Origin: Eledone cirrhosa
Taxonomy: Eukaryota
Reading direction: 5' to 3'
NCBI GenBank assembly: GCA_964016885.1
Contig: OZ024742.1
Coordinates: forward strand, 366,978,001-367,042,000
Length of the DNA: 64,000 nt
Positions 28,001 to 45,948 of this stretch are shown one piece after another. Under the pieces are notes generated by a model, which ran no database searches, had not been told where the DNA came from, and saw only the letters and a program-made list of their open reading frames with translations. How positions within the stretch are numbered: the stretch's first letter is position 1; every line of letters starts with the position of its first letter. The position numbers and the translations under genes are program-made.

Positions 28001-30667
28001 CCCAGCTATTTTGTATGTAAACACACAGACAAACCGGTTTTTAGAGTCATACTGGTTTTCGGGGGAACACCTTCCCTCTATTCTCCAGAAAGCCAGACAA
28101 GGAATATTGAACTAGTTTCGTTGTTGTTACAACTCATCAGCAATATTTACCTATCTACCGGCCCCTCTGGAGAATTGTAAAAGCACATATCGTTATATGC
28201 TTTTTCTATGAAAATTAGTAGTGGGCAGACTAATTTGCATAGAGTGTGAGTACGCACCGGTTCAGCGGAGACGATAAAAACAAATAACAAAACGAAATTA
28301 AATTTCGTTTCGTTTGTAACTCACTTTTGTATGACTGACGCTTAAACAATTAAGTTAAAAATGTACATCTACATATGCATACTGAAATACTAGTGTGTAT
28401 ATGAATACACACACGTATACATATGTAGGTGTAACAAGTCTTTCACTGGTTGCTTTACTGTGAGCAACCCAGCTATTTTGTATGTAAACACACAGACAAA
28501 CCGGTTTTTAGAGTCATACTGGTTTTCGGGGGAACACCTTCCCTCTATTCTCCAGAAAGCCAGACAAGGAATATTGAACTAGTTTCGTTGTTGTTACAAC
28601 TCATCAGCAATATTTACCTATCTACCGGCCCCTCTGGAGAATTGTAAAAGCACATATCGTTATATGCTTTTTCTATGAAAATTAGTAGTGGGCAGACTAA
28701 TTTGCATAGAGTGTGAGTACGCACCGGTTCAGCGGAGACGATAAAAACAAATAACAAAACGAAATTAAATTTCGTTTCGTTTGTAACTCACTTTTGTATG
28801 ACTGACGCTTAAACAATTAAGTTAAAAATGTACATCTACATATGCATACTGAAATACTAGTGTGTATATGAATACACACACGTATACATATGTAGGTGTA
28901 ACAAGTCTTTCACTGGTTGCTTTACTGTGAGCAACCCAGCTATTTTGTATGTAAACACACAGACAAACCGGTTTTTAGAGTCATACTGGTTTTCGGGGGA
29001 ACACCTTCCCTCTATTCTCCAGAAAGCCAGACAAGGAATATTGAACTAGTTTCGTTGTTGTTACAACTCATCAGCAATATTTACCTATCTACCGGCCCCT
29101 CTGGAGAATTGTAAAAGCACATATCGTTATATGCTTTTTCTATGAAAATTAGTAGTGGGCAGACTAATTTGCATAGAGTGTGAGTACGCACCGGTTCAGC
29201 GGAGACGATAAAAACAAATAACAAAACGAAATTAAATTTCGTTTCGTTTGTAACTCACTTTTGTATGACTGACGCTTAAACAATTAAGTTAAAAATGTAC
29301 ATCTACATATGCATACTGAAATACTAGTGTGTATATGAATACACACACGTATACATATGTAGGTGTAACAAGTCTTTCACTGGTTGCTTTACTGTGAGCA
29401 ACCCAGCTATTTTGTATGTAAACACACAGACAAACCGGTTTTTAGAGTCATACTGGTTTTCGGGGGAACACCTTCCCTCTATTCTCCAGAAAGCCAGACA
29501 AGGAATATTGAACTAGTTTCGTTGTTGTTACAACTCATCAGCAATATTTACCTATCTACCGGCCCCTCTGGAGAATTGTAAAAGCACATATCGTTATATG
29601 CTTTTTCTATGAAAATTAGTAGTGGGCAGACTAATTTGCATAGAGTGTGAGTACGCACCGGTTCAGCGGAGACGATAAAAACAAATAACAAAACGAAATT
29701 AAATTTCGTTTCGTTTGTAACTCACTTTTGTATGACTGACGCTTAAACAATTAAGTTAAAAATGTACATCTACATATGCATACTGAAATACTAGTGTGTA
29801 TATGAATACACACACGTATACATATGTAGGTGTAACAAGTCTTTCACTGGTTGCTTTACTGTGAGCAACCCAGCTATTTTGTATGTAAACACACAGACAA
29901 ACCGGTTTTTAGAGTCATACTGGTTTTCGGGGGAACACCTTCCCTCTATTCTCCAGAAAGCCAGACAAGGAATATTGAACTAGTTTCGTTGTTGTTACAA
30001 CTCATCAGCAATATTTACCTATCTACCGGCCCCTCTGGAGAATTGTAAAAGCACATATCGTTATATGCTTTTTCTATGAAAATTAGTAGTGGGCAGACTA
30101 ATTTGCATAGAGTGTGAGTACGCACCGGTTCAGCGGAGACGATAAAAACAAATAACAAAACGAAATTAAATTTCGTTTCGTTTGTAACTCACTTTTGTAT
30201 GACTGACGCTTAAACAATTAAGTTAAAAATGTACATCTACATATGCATACTGAAATACTAGTGTGTATATGAATACACACACGTATACATATGTAGGTGT
30301 AACAAGTCTTTCACTGGTTGCTTTACTGTGAGCAACCCAGCTATTTTGTATGTAAACACACAGACAAACCGGTTTTTAGAGTCATACTGGTTTTCGGGGG
30401 AACACCTTCCCTCTATTCTCCAGAAAGCCAGACAAGGAATATTGAACTAGTTTCGTTGTTGTTACAACTCATCAGCAATATTTACCTATCTACCGGCCCC
30501 TCTGGAGAATTGTAAAAGCACATATCGTTATATGCTTTTTCTATGAAAATTAGTAGTGGGCAGACTAATTTGCATAGAGTGTGAGTACGCACCGGTTCAG
30601 CGGAGACGATAAAAACAAATAACAAAACGAAATTAAATTTCGTTTCGTTTGTAACTCACTTTTGTAT
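25005..30667 (-). repeat. Left arm of 467-bp hammerhead tandem array: 12 full units plus 59 bp
   Basis: Exact 467-bp period (unit starts 25005, 25472 ... 30609). The only difference noticed is A>C at 27426. Confidence 0.98.
25301..25345 (-). ncRNA. Minimal type I hammerhead ribozyme (first of 12 in the left arm, period 467)
   Basis: Minus strand: aatattg CTGATGA gttgt-aaca-acaac GAAA C-TA-G TT caatatt. Confidence 0.85.
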
Positions 30668-30670
30668 ACT

Positions 30671-33796
<3,126 letters not shown>

Positions 33797-34660
33797 ATAA
33801 AGTGTCGGTGCCTGAGGGCTGTGTGTGTATATATGTATGAATATAACCTGGCATGTAATGTGGGTGTGTATATATATATATATATGAATGTGTAAATATG
33901 TGGTTAGGTTGTTGGTTGACAAACATAAGGTCCTGAGTTTGATTTACGACGGCACGTGACGTCGTTTAGCAAAACATCTTCATATTTCTCCAGTGAAACT
34001 ATTTAATAAAGGAATGTTATATTTGCTGAGAGAGTTATATAAACATACAGCAATGGAGAGCAACTTAACTGCTATAGAATGATTTGCAACAGTAATTCAG
34101 ATGTACAATCATATTACACACTATGTCATACTGAATCTCCCTGAGCACTATGTACAATAATATTATATACTATGTTATACTGAATCTCCCTGAGTATTAT
34201 GTACAATCATAATGCATACTATGTTATACTGAATCTCCCTGAGAACCACATTCAATTTACAATGTCACAGAAGAATTCTCATCGAGTTGGGCGTTATTTC
34301 CACAAACTTCTGATTTGTTTGAATATTTGGAGCACGGGTCATCGTAAACATCAAAGGTCCAGCACACACACACACACACCACACACACCACACACACGCA
34401 CACAACACACACACACATACACACACACACACTACACACAGATATATATGTGTGTGTGTGTGCGTGTGTACGTGTGTTTCAATAGCTGAGCTTTCAATAG
34501 ATCGATGCCCTTGAGGTACTATTCATATATACAGGAGGAATCAATGGAAATCTCAAAGAAAATTAAATTAGAATCGAACATTTGAAGAAAAATCTTTCCT
34601 ATATTTCTGTTCAAGTTAGGCACAACTCGACACATACGTAAATATATATATATGTGTGTT

Positions 34661-34692
<32 letters not shown>

Positions 34693-34720
34693 TGTGTGTC
34701 TGTGTATATATACATATTAT

Positions 34721-34801
<81 letters not shown>

Positions 34802-34802
34802 C

Positions 34803-34942
<140 letters not shown>

Positions 34943-35448
34943 GGTTATTGAATATTGAACACTGTTCAAAGAACAACGCTTGTTCTTTGATATCTATTAG
35001 AATATTTGTAATATATGAATTCTTTACCGAGGTTCTAACCCCAAGACATTTACTAATAGTAACATAAGTATATGGTAATGTTTCTATATATCTATCAATC
35101 TACTCATATTCCTATCCATCTGTCTCTCATATAACATTGCGTTAGACAACAGTGCTTTCGCCCATTAAACATGTTTGCTCCCCTCCTAATCAGGAGAAAT
35201 TATAATAGAAATTAATAAATTATTTGGTCCTGCCCATCCTTCTCGCTTAGAGTTAGAACTAATGTAGGGAGAAATTCTTGGCACTCCTAGACAAGCACTT
35301 CCCTATAGGACATACATACGGAATTAATTTCAATAGACACGGGCTAAACCTCGGATATTCATGTGATAAAAATATAAAAGCCCACATCAAGAGCTCTCCC
35401 CAACAAGGAAAGCCAGAATCATGCCCTCTTGAATAATAATAATAATAA

Positions 35449-35622
35449 CGTTTCTACTTTTGGCACAAGTCCAGAAATTACCCCAGTGCATTACTGGTGC
35501 TTTATTTTAAGGATGAAAGGCAAAGTTAACCTCGGCGGGATTTCGAACTCAGAGCGTAAAGGGCCATAAGTCTATGCTGAAAAGCATGGTGACTGACGCT
35601 CTACTGATACTACCAAACCACT
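35449..35622 (-). mobile_element. SINE family 1
   Basis: Family body with (AAT)n tail at 35434-35448. Confidence 0.8.
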
Positions 35623-35626
35623 AATA

Positions 35627-36910
35627 ATGATTTCTTTATTGGCCACAAGGGCTGACATCAAGAAAAACATTACTGACGGCACAGGACGGCACAGGACGGT
35701 ACAGGACGGTACAGGACGGTACGATGTGGGTTTTGTTCGTGTAAAGATTTTTATTATTTATTTCAGAAAAGAAAAAAAAGACATAGAAACATATATATAT
35801 ATAAACAATAAAAATGAAAATTGAAACAATGAAAAATTCCCGAATAAGGGGGAAACCTCCGAGGGTTACTCGTGGCGACAACCACACAAAAAACAACGGC
35901 CACCCTGACCACCAGGGCGAGCATCCTCTCTCAATTTTTCCATTTCTCAAACTACAGACGTATATTCACTCGGACCATTCTCGCTACATTCACCCACCTT
36001 TCAACAAACTTTCTAGAAGGCAGCACTTGCCTCTCCACCCTGATTTTCCTCTTCAAGTGAAACTTGAAAAAGTTAATTAGGGATTCGCCGAAGAGGAAAG
36101 TGTCTGTCTTTAACCCTTTCAACCTTGTCCACTACACAATCTCTTTCGCCATGGCCACCAGGCAGATGAAAACCGCCTGCCCTTCCTCCTCGAAGGAAGA
36201 GGGCGAGACCATCTGCACAATGGACTCAGTCGATAACCGGATCAGTCCTACACGCGACAGCAACTGTTCGACATAGCTCCCCAAGTCAGCAATGCTCGGG
36301 CACTGAACGAGTGCGTGCACAACGGTTTTGTCGCTATGCGCGCATCTCGGACAGGCTCGGCTGACGGCACTTCCGTGCCTGTAGAGTTTATCTCGAACCG
36401 GCAGCGCTCCCCGGTAGCACTGCCAGGCCAGGGATTTTTGGAAGTTATCCATAGGCCCTGGGATGTAAGTTCTCCGGAAGAGAGCAAACAGCTGATCTTC
36501 TTCGACGCCCAGGATCTCTCCGAGAACGTCGTCGCTCTTCCCCTCCACTAGTCCTCTATAGAACGCCGAGGTGGATGTTCCACCGATACTGGTGCCCAGC
36601 TGGCAGAGGGCAGTGAGCGCCTGGAGACATTCCAGTTTCCAAGCGCTATCCCTCGGTCTTTTTCTGACCCAGGACAGCAGCTCCGCCAAGGAGACGAGCT
36701 GTGGGAAAACGTGCCTGGCGAACGGCGACCAGACCTGCTCACCGTCAAGGAAGCACCAGAGATGTCGCAGCCTCAGCACATCTTTGCGCATCATCAGCCA
36801 TGGCATGCCCAGTCCTCCATGCAACGGGTGTTGACAGCAGATGGATCGTCTGACCATGGGAGCGCGTCCCTTCCACAAAAAGCGGAAGAGGAGGCGCTCC
36901 ATTTTGGTGA
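35627..36910 (-). mobile_element. L1/Tx1-clade non-LTR retrotransposon 3' fragment
   Basis: ORF 36132-36902: FRFLWKG..MVRRSICCQHPLHGGLGMP, LAWQCYRGALPVRDKL, CPRC...TVVHALVQC zinc knuckle; 3' UTR ends with AATAAA near 35635. Confidence 0.85.
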
Positions 36911-38190
36911 GAGTTGGGCTGGGTGGCAGATAATATCAGACAGTTGTTGAGCAAAAGTATGAAGTCCTGGAAAACGGAGTTAACATCGGGTGGAGAATCC
37001 TTGGGAGGCGTGAAAATCAAGAGAGGTATCTTCCAGGGAGATAGTTTGACTCCTCTGTTGTTTGTCCTTGCCCTGATACCCCTGACCATTATACTGCGAA
37101 AAGTGAGAGCAGGATACAAGTTGGGAAAAGGAGAGCTTACCATCAACCACCTCCTCTTCATGGACGATCTTAACCTCTTTGGGAAGAGTGAGAAGGAGTT
37201 GGATGTACTTGTTGACACTGTCCGTATTTTCAACAATGATATATGTATGGAATTTGGTATTAATAAATGTGGAATCCTAGTGATGAAGAGGGGTAAATTG
37301 AGCAGAAGCAACGGAATCCAGGTACCAACAGGTGACATGATAAAGGAAATTGACACTGAAGAGGGATACAAATAATTAGGTGTTCTGGAGGCAGATGACA
37401 TCAAGAACAAAATAATGAAGGAATTGATAAGATTTGAATACATAAGGAGAGTAAGGAACGTATTAAAATCACAACTAAATAGTAGGAATGTCATAAGTGC
37501 AGTGAATTCCCGAGCTGTGTCTATTATTAGGTACAGTGCGGGAATTCTGAAATGAAATGTTGCTGAACAAAAAGAAATGGATAGGAAGACTAGGAAGCTA
37601 TAAAGGCTGGAGACATGATGTGATAGGCAGGGTGATCCACTGGCATCTATGCAAAGTAAACAATTTACCACATTCTGAGAAGTGGTATGAACATAAGCCA
37701 AAGTCGTTGATAGAAAACGATCAGGTGAAGGTGCTATGGGATTTTAGGATACAGACGGACAAGAAATTAGACCACAATAGGCCTGGCCTGGTGGTTTTGG
37801 ACAAGGAAAAAAGATGGTGCCTGATTGTAGATGTAGCCTGCCCATTTGACACGAGAGAGCAAGAAACGGAGAGGGAGAAAATTAACCGATACCAGGATTT
37901 AAAGTGGGAGGTAAAAAGGATTTGGAATTACCATGAAATCAAGGTCGTCCCGATTGTCATAGGCGCACTAGGTACTATCTCAAATAGTTTCCAAGGATGG
38001 TTAAAGAAGATTAGTCCAGAACCGCTTTTTGGAACACTTCAAACAGCATGCTTGCTGGGAACAGCAAGAACCCTCCAATACGTCCTGAATGTCTGAGGCT
38101 GCAGGTAGCGGCTTGATATTCATTTCAACAAAATTTCCAGTTAAATAACATCAATGACTGAGACTCAAAGAACAACAATAATAATAATAA
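36911..38190 (+). mobile_element. 5'-truncated, internally deleted R4/Dong-like element ending in (TAA)n
   Basis: RGIFQGDSLTPLLF, HLLFMDDL, MEFGINKC; RHD, WDFRIQTD, HNRP.LVVLD..IVDVACP; stops and a deletion; tail aataataataataa. Confidence 0.88.
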
Positions 38191-39036
38191 TTGTTTCTAC
38201 TTTAGGCACAAGGCCAGCAATTACTCAGTGCATTACTGGTACTTTATTTTATCGACCTCGAAGGATGAAAGGCAAAGTTAACCTCAGACGGATTTGAACT
38301 CGGACCATAAAGGGCCGTAACTCTTTGCTGCAAAGCATGGCGTCCGACCCTCTACCGATACTAATAATAATAATAATGTGAGAAATAAAGAAAATGGGAA
38401 TAGTGTCCAGTAGAGTTTTTGCAAAATGTTTGCCTCGTTGGTACAACAAATACTCTCAGGAATTTACAAGATTGACTAAACAAACAGCATGGAGGGCTGC
38501 AGGTAGCCTGCTTCTCCTGCCAGGATTCAAGTGTTCCAATAAAACCTGAGATAAAAAAAAAACAATATTGTTGTTGTTGATGGGCAGGTGGATTGGCAGT
38601 TGGATTGACGATAGAACGTCAGACACCATGCTTTGCAGCATAGAGTTATGGCCCTTTAATTTCTCATTTCAAATCCTGCAGAGTTTAGCTTTGCCTTTCA
38701 TCCTCACGGGGTCGACAAAATAAAGCACCAGTAATGTACTGGGGTCGATTTAATCAATTTCTCCCTCCCACCAAAACAGTATTGGCCTTGTGCCTATAGT
38801 AGAAATAATTATTGTTGTTGTTGTTATCATTATGAGGCAGATGGGTTCGGAGTATCGATAAAGCGTCAGACAATAAGCTTTGTGACATACGGCCTTTTAC
38901 GGTCTGAATTCAAATTCTGCCGAGATTTGCCTTTTATCCTTACGGGGTCTATAAAGTACCTGTAATGCACTGGGGTCGATTTGATCGACGTTCCCCTTCA
39001 CCCAAAAATGTTGGCCTTGTGCTTATAGTAGAAATC
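38191..39036. mobile_element. Cluster of three family 1 SINEs (38191-38362-, 38583-38808+, 38835-39036+)
   Basis: Each has the ctttgcctttcatcc...gtcgat..taaagtaccagtaatg.actg body and ggccttgtgc tail. Confidence 0.85.
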
Positions 39037-39424
39037 ATCATTATTATTATTAGAAAGCCTATGATATCTCTATCAAAGTTACCATCTTAGCGGAAGTATC
39101 CCAGGGTACCCAATAACACAGAATGTCTAATTTAGCCACAGGCAACAAATCTTTATTTTTATCATTTGACGTCATCTGTTTTGTCATTCTTATTCTTAAC
39201 TGGCACAACACCAAAGATTGGCTGATCTAAAACACACACATACTTAGACATACACACACACATAGACATACACACACATAGACATACACACACACGCACA
39301 GACATAGACACACACGCACACACACATAGACATACACACACAATTCAATATCACTTCCTTATGTCCATAGGAAAAAGAAACAAATTCTTTTAACTTGTTC
39401 TTAAGGAAACCAAAAAGCTTGCAA

Positions 39425-40827
39425 CAAATCAACAAATCATTGTTCCAGGCCTGGAAGTTGTTGGCAGTTCTTTTGTTGGGCTGCATTATATTCGTCCACA
39501 TCACCATATGGGCATTGAGGGCTTTTTCTCTATCCTCATGCTCCTGTGGTGTTACCTCTCTTGTGTTAGTGATGTGGGGTTGCATTGCCTGGATGTAGTT
39601 TGGCAGGCTGTCAACCGACATTCTGCCAGACTTGTCTGTTGGAAAACATGCTATCTCTCCATTACGCGAGCGCTGCATGAGCTTACGCAAGCCATTTGCA
39701 GATTCTTCTCCCAGTTGCTGGGCCTCTATTCTATTATGCTTCTTGTTATACTGTTCTATAATATTTCTAAGTTCGGATTTAGCTATACTAAATTGTGCTT
39801 CTGTTTGTTCATCGACCTGCGACGGCAACTGCGTGCGTTTGTTAAATGGCAAAGTCGTGGCGTGGACTCGTCGTAGGTCGAATGATTTATCGGAGGGGTT
39901 ATAAAACGGAGAGTTCCAGGCTGCTGCTTTATGTGTACTAGTGCTATTATTATTGTTAGTTGTGTTGTTTCTATTTCCACCAACAGCCTCAGCTTCATGG
40001 TTGTTTCTATGTCTCTCATAATTACTCCTGTCTCTTTCCACTGGCTCAATGTTGTTATCTACCCTATTTTGTGTGTCTGTGTGTTCGTCTTGGTTATTCT
40101 CTTTGTCCTTAGTCTCCCATCTCCTTTTCCTTTTAATCCTATTACTTTCTCTTATTTCTCTGATTTCTGTGCTACTGTCATTACTTGTTTTCTGTGTCTG
40201 TGTGTTTGTTAAGATTGTGGTGGTGGTGAGAGGCATTGAATGCGTGTGTGTTGTTGTTGTTGATGTGTGTTGTTGTTGCTGTGTGTTGTTGTTGTCTCCG
40301 TGTGTGTGTGTGTTATCGTTGTTGTGTGTGTTGTTATTGTTGTTTGTGTCTGCGTGTCTGTTGTTGTTGTATCTGGGTATGTTGCTATTGTTGTTGTTGT
40401 TGATGTGTGTGTTGTTGTTATTGTTGTCTCCGTGTGTGTTATCGTTGTTGTGTGTGTTGTTATTGTTGTTTGTGTCTGCGTGTCTGTTGTTGTATCTGGG
40501 TATGTTGCTATTGTTGTTGTTGTATCTGGGTATGTTGCTATTGTTGTTGTTGTTGTTATTGTTGTTTGTGTCTGTGTGTCTGTTGTTGTTGGGATGTGTG
40601 TTGTATATGTGTGTGCGTATGTTGTTGCTTTTGTTTTTGATGCTCCAGCGTAGTTTTGTAAATGATTTTTCTATTTCTGACAGACAACTAATCATATTTA
40701 CCTTCTTGAATGTCGCAAATTTGGGTGGCAGACGTAACACAGACATTTCATTATTATCTATTTCCGTGTTTCCATAAATGTTGGTATTTTCGTTGTTGAA
40801 CTCTTCAGATAATGAGGTGTCGGCCAT
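39425..40827 (-). pseudogene. N-terminal region of a Penelope-like ORF with Asn/Thr-rich insert
   Basis: VLRLPPKFA, EIEKSFTKLRW, GLRKL..R...GEIACFPTDKSGRMSV are PLE pre-RT motifs; homology breaks at ...FQAWNNDL. Confidence 0.75.
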
Positions 40828-41085
40828 GTTGATGCCGTCAATTTTGTCGGGATATCTATTGGTATACTCTATAGTATCCCGATTTAGCTTTGCCTGTTTA
40901 AGCCACTTTAATTTTCTGTTAAAGTGCTTATCACATTATTGAGTAATGTACTGTTCTTCGGGGCGTATAAGGCTTATAAATGTTAGTTTTTCTGCTGGTG
41001 TGGTGATTTTAGATATTTCTTGTATTAGGTTACGTGTGACAGCACGGAGGACCTCCTCAGCATAATCGGCGCGGGTAACCGATCT

Positions 41086-42771
41086 GGGGACCTAACAAAC
41101 TGCATAATAGGCAGTATGGATGTTGTGTCCCTGTATCCATCTATTGACGTGGATTTTGCTGTGGAGAAATGCGTAGAAATGATCAGCGAGAGCAAGGTTG
41201 AGTTCCGTGGGATTGATACCAGTGAGCTGGGACTTCTACTTAAGCTTACCCATAGTAATATTTACCTAGACACTTATGACCTTAGCAACCTGTGCCCTAC
41301 AAGACCAGCAAGAGGCAGACCACCTACCATTACCTCAATGGCCAAGAAAACCCACACAGATAGATGGAACGGGTGGACCAGAGCCATACGGACACCCGAA
41401 AACCACGATGAACTGAAGAAAATGATTGCACATGCGGTAGGGGCCAGCATAAAATTAACCCTTAAGGAACATATGTTCAAATTTAATGGTAAAACATATG
41501 CCCAAGAGGAAGGAGTAGCCATTGGTGTTAGCATTGCAGGCGACATAGCTAACTTATTCATGGTATGGTGGGACAGTAGACTTAAACAAAAACTTAATGA
41601 ATAATTAGAAGACAGCTTAACCCTGATAATGTACTCCCGCTACGTAGATGATATAAACATCGTAGTTAAGACACCCCCACTAAAGAACAGTCAGGAACTA
41701 GAGAAAAACACAATGGAAAGCATCCAGCAAATAGCTAACTCCATCCACCAGAGCATTAGAGTTACTATAGACTACCCAAGTAGACACCCCAACCATCGAT
41801 TACCTGTACTAGACACAGAGCTCTGGTTAGATACCATTAACAACCAAAAACAAATCCTCCATTCCCATTATGCCAAACCCATGACTTCCAAACATCTGAT
41901 CCACCGAAACTCGGCCATTTCGGACCATACCAAAATCAACATACTGATTGCGGATTTGGTACGGGTGATGAGAAATGTGTCCCGCATGTGCAACCCCGAA
42001 GAACTAGAGAGACACATACAACACTTCATCCACCGTATGCAGTTCTCTGGCTACAATCAGAGAGATAGAATCAGAGTGTATAAAGGAGCCAGAATCAAAT
42101 GGGAAAAAATGGTAAGTAATGACATAAATGGGACCTGCCCCTTGTATAGGAGCAAATTTTGGAATAGAATAGAAAGAACTAGGAACAAGGCCAATAGAAT
42201 AAACTCATGGTATGATAGCAATACATACCAGAGTGTAATGTTCATCAATACAACCCCTAGAGGCGAACTAGCCTACAAATTTAGAAGGGCCCTAAATAAA
42301 CATAATCTCAATATTAAGATAGTAGAAAGACCTGGTACCTCCGTAAAAACACTTATTAGCAAGACATACCCGTTCCAAAGAGCCTCATGTATAGATAAGA
42401 AATGTATAACCTGTAAAATAAGCCCCCATATTAACTGTAAAACTAGAAATGTAGTGTATAGCATCAGATGTACTGAAGGACAATGTAGAAACAAAAATAT
42501 AGTGTACATAGGTGAGACAGCTCGTAGTATAGGGGAACGAATAAATGAACACTGGCGAGACCTCCAAGATAATAAAGAATCATCTGTGCTCTACCAACAT
42601 GCTAAGATAGAACACAGGGGTAGATTAGAGAGCATAGAAATAAAAATAGAATCCACACACAGAAAAGACGCAATGTTTAGACAAATTACAGAGGCAGTAA
42701 GCATAAAAGAATTAAAACCAAAATTAAATAGAAAATATGAGTGGAACAGCAACATCACAACTTACAATTAA
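41086..42771 (+). pseudogene. Penelope RT + GIY-YIG endonuclease, one in-frame stop at 41602-41604
   Basis: GSMDVVSLYPSI, QEEGVAIG, YSRYVDD, LPVLD, Cys-rich linker, NVVYSIRC..YIGETARSIGERINEH, EAVSI...KPKLN. Confidence 0.92.
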
Positions 42772-43005
42772 GGACAAAATGAAAACACACACACACATAG
42801 AACAAACAACCAACCAACAATAAATAAATAAATAAATAAACAAATAGAAAAAAAAATATAAATAGAAAAATAGAAAAATGAACACAAACACACACAGACA
42901 CCCGGATGTGGCGCATGCGCAAACTGAGCACACAACACACACACAGAAACAAAATGGCGTAGAATAGAAGAAAGGAAAGGCACAGAAACGAAGAAAGGAA
43001 TCCCC

Positions 43006-43050
43006 AGTCACTGAAGAGGTCACAGAGTGTGTGACGAAAGGACTATGACT
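43006..43050 (+). ncRNA. Minimal type I hammerhead in the Penelope pLTR
   Basis: agtca CTGAAGA ggtcaca-gagtg-tgtgac GAAA GGAC TA tgact. Confidence 0.75.
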
Positions 43051-43218
43051 ATATATATAAACAACTATCTGGTTGTGGAACCAACCAACCAACCAGAAAT
43101 TTATAGGTTTGTAAATTTGTAAATTTGTAAATTTATAAATTTATAAATATATAATAAATTGAAGTGAAAGCAACTGGTGCGTGTGTTTCTTATTGGCAAC
43201 ATGACCCTCCCAAAGTAT

Positions 43219-43254
<36 letters not shown>

Positions 43255-43256
<2 letters not shown>

Positions 43257-43575
43257 CGTTTCTGAATTTGTTTAGCAAGATTCTTTATCTGAAAACGTGT
43301 GTTGAAACCGATATTGTTATACTTTGGGAGGGTCATGTTTCCAATAAGAAACACACGCACCAGTTGCTTTCACTTCAATTTATTATAATAAATTTATAAA
43401 TTTAGGAATTTATAAATTTCCGGTTGGTTGGTTGGTTGGTTCCACAACCAGATGGTTGTTTATATATTGTCAAAGTTCTTTCGTCACACATTATGTGACC
43501 TCTCAGTGACTGGGGATTCATTTCTTTGTTTTAGTGCCTCTCCTTTGTTCTGTCCTACGCCATCTTTTCACAGTT
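43255..43575 (-). mobile_element. Second pLTR copy of the same family, tail-to-tail across a (TA)n; hammerhead core has a 1-nt deletion
   Basis: Minus strand: agtca CTGA-GA ggtcacataatgtgtgac GAAA GAAC TT tgac. Confidence 0.85.
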
Positions 43576-43814
43576 GAAAATTGCAAACTTAACTGTCACC
43601 ACACATTATGAACCTAAAGATTGCGAAAGCATGAAAGTACTTGTTCAATTAACACTTAACATTTAATATTCTACCATACTATTTCATTCTAATACCATTA
43701 TACATTTTAAAGGATTGTAAATAAAACGAGTAAATCAGACAAAGTTGGAATTCCTTTTATTAATATAATCTTCTATACACACCCGTGTATATTTATCTTA
43801 TATATATATATATT

Positions 43815-44045
43815 TAAAAAGAATAGAAGTGTAACACACGAGTTGTGATATATTAGTAAAAAGGAAAAGAAAATGCTGACAAATTTTTCCCAGTGAAAAA
43901 TACTTTAATTAGGAATAAGTATGAATTAGTAATAAGTATTGGTTAGTATTCAGTTTTAGTCTTAAGTTTTTACCGGTTGCGCATTTCTAATGCTTTTTAA
44001 AAATAATTTTGAGATAGAGCTCTCGTGATGTTTTCTCTAATCTGA
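43815..44045 (-). mobile_element. TA-flanked repeat, second copy at 57766-57983 (probable pLTR end)
   Basis: About 215 bp of high identity between the two loci. Confidence 0.7.
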
Positions 44046-44484
44046 TCAGTTTTGGAAATTCTTCCTGTTTTATGTGAAAAAAGTGGCCCTAGAGGTATTA
44101 AGATTTGGTTGGTTGTTGAATGTCACGTGAATAAGTACTACAAATTTCGCGCCAATTCGTGTTGCAAACATTCTTGTAGTCAAAAGAATTTTGATTGGTC
44201 GGTAGAGGTCACGTGAATGTTAAAAATTGATTTTAGCGCGAACTGGTTTGGCGCCAAATGTAGGTTTGTCGAGAGTGTTCTTTTTCGCTTGATTGAGTTG
44301 CAGTCATGTTGAGAAGTCACTGAAAAACGTGTCTATTAAGACAAATATGTGTGTGTATGCGTGTGTCTGTGTGTGTGTATGTGTGTAGTAAAGAGGTTCA
44401 TTGTTGTGATAATGGTCAGTAGGGATGTGTGTGTGAGTTGCAGTCATGTTGAAAGGTCATCAGTTCAGGTGTCTATTAAGACAA

Positions 44485-44545
<61 letters not shown>

Positions 44546-44583
44546 CGTGTGTGTGTGTGTGCGTGCGTGTGTGAGTGTGTGTG

Positions 44584-44618
<35 letters not shown>

Positions 44619-45054
44619 AGCAGAGTGGTTCGTGGTGGAGAGAATGAATCGGTCAGTAGGAATGTGTGTGAACGTGTGTGGGGGGTATTTTAACATGTTG
44701 AAACATATTTTTCAGCTCTTGTCTTATACGGAGAAGTGTGTGTGTGTGTGTGGTTGTATGTCTGTTTGTATGTTAGTGTACGCGTGTGTATGTGTGTGAG
44801 TATGTTTGTGTGTGTGTATATATATATGTGTGTGTGTGTGGATGGATCAGTATTTTAGTGATACTGGTAAAAATGGTGTACATTATCCGATAGTCATTTG
44901 CAAAAACGATTCTTTCAAAAGAACATCAAAAACACCAATAATAAAAGAGGGGAAATGATGTTTAGTATTGTCATGACTGCAACTCACACACACATCCCTA
45001 CTGACCATTATCACAACAAGAAAAACGAACACAGATATATATATATACGATTTG

Positions 45055-45740
<686 letters not shown>

Positions 45741-45868
45741 TCAAATCGTAAGGGAACAGATTCGCTAAGGTGAAGAGTATACTAACTATAGACAATAGGG
45801 TTTGCCAGACTCAATTTAAGAATAAATCAAGAAAATAAATACAAACCAGAATTGTGGTAACTACCAAT

Positions 45869-45948
45869 CACCCAGACAGTTTTGATAATACTGTTTCGCA
45901 ATAATAATTGTGAAGAGGAATACCAAAATTCTAGCTAATCAGCGGGTG
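45869..45948 (-). ncRNA. Degenerate type I hammerhead (CTGATTA) with an extended stem III
   Basis: Minus strand: cacccg CTGATTA gc...gc GAAA cagt...actg TC tgggtg. Confidence 0.55.

Larger units (their letters stand above)
39425..43223 (+). mobile_element. Penelope-like element with inverted 5' half, 3' pLTR and hammerhead
   Basis: N-terminal ORF on minus (39425-41075), RT-GIY-YIG on plus (41076-42771), pLTR ending in (TA)n at 43223. Confidence 0.88.

Noticed and set aside
36745-37701. 318-aa minus-strand ORF
   Set aside because: Antisense shadow of the Dong-like RT running into the Tx1 fragment out of frame.
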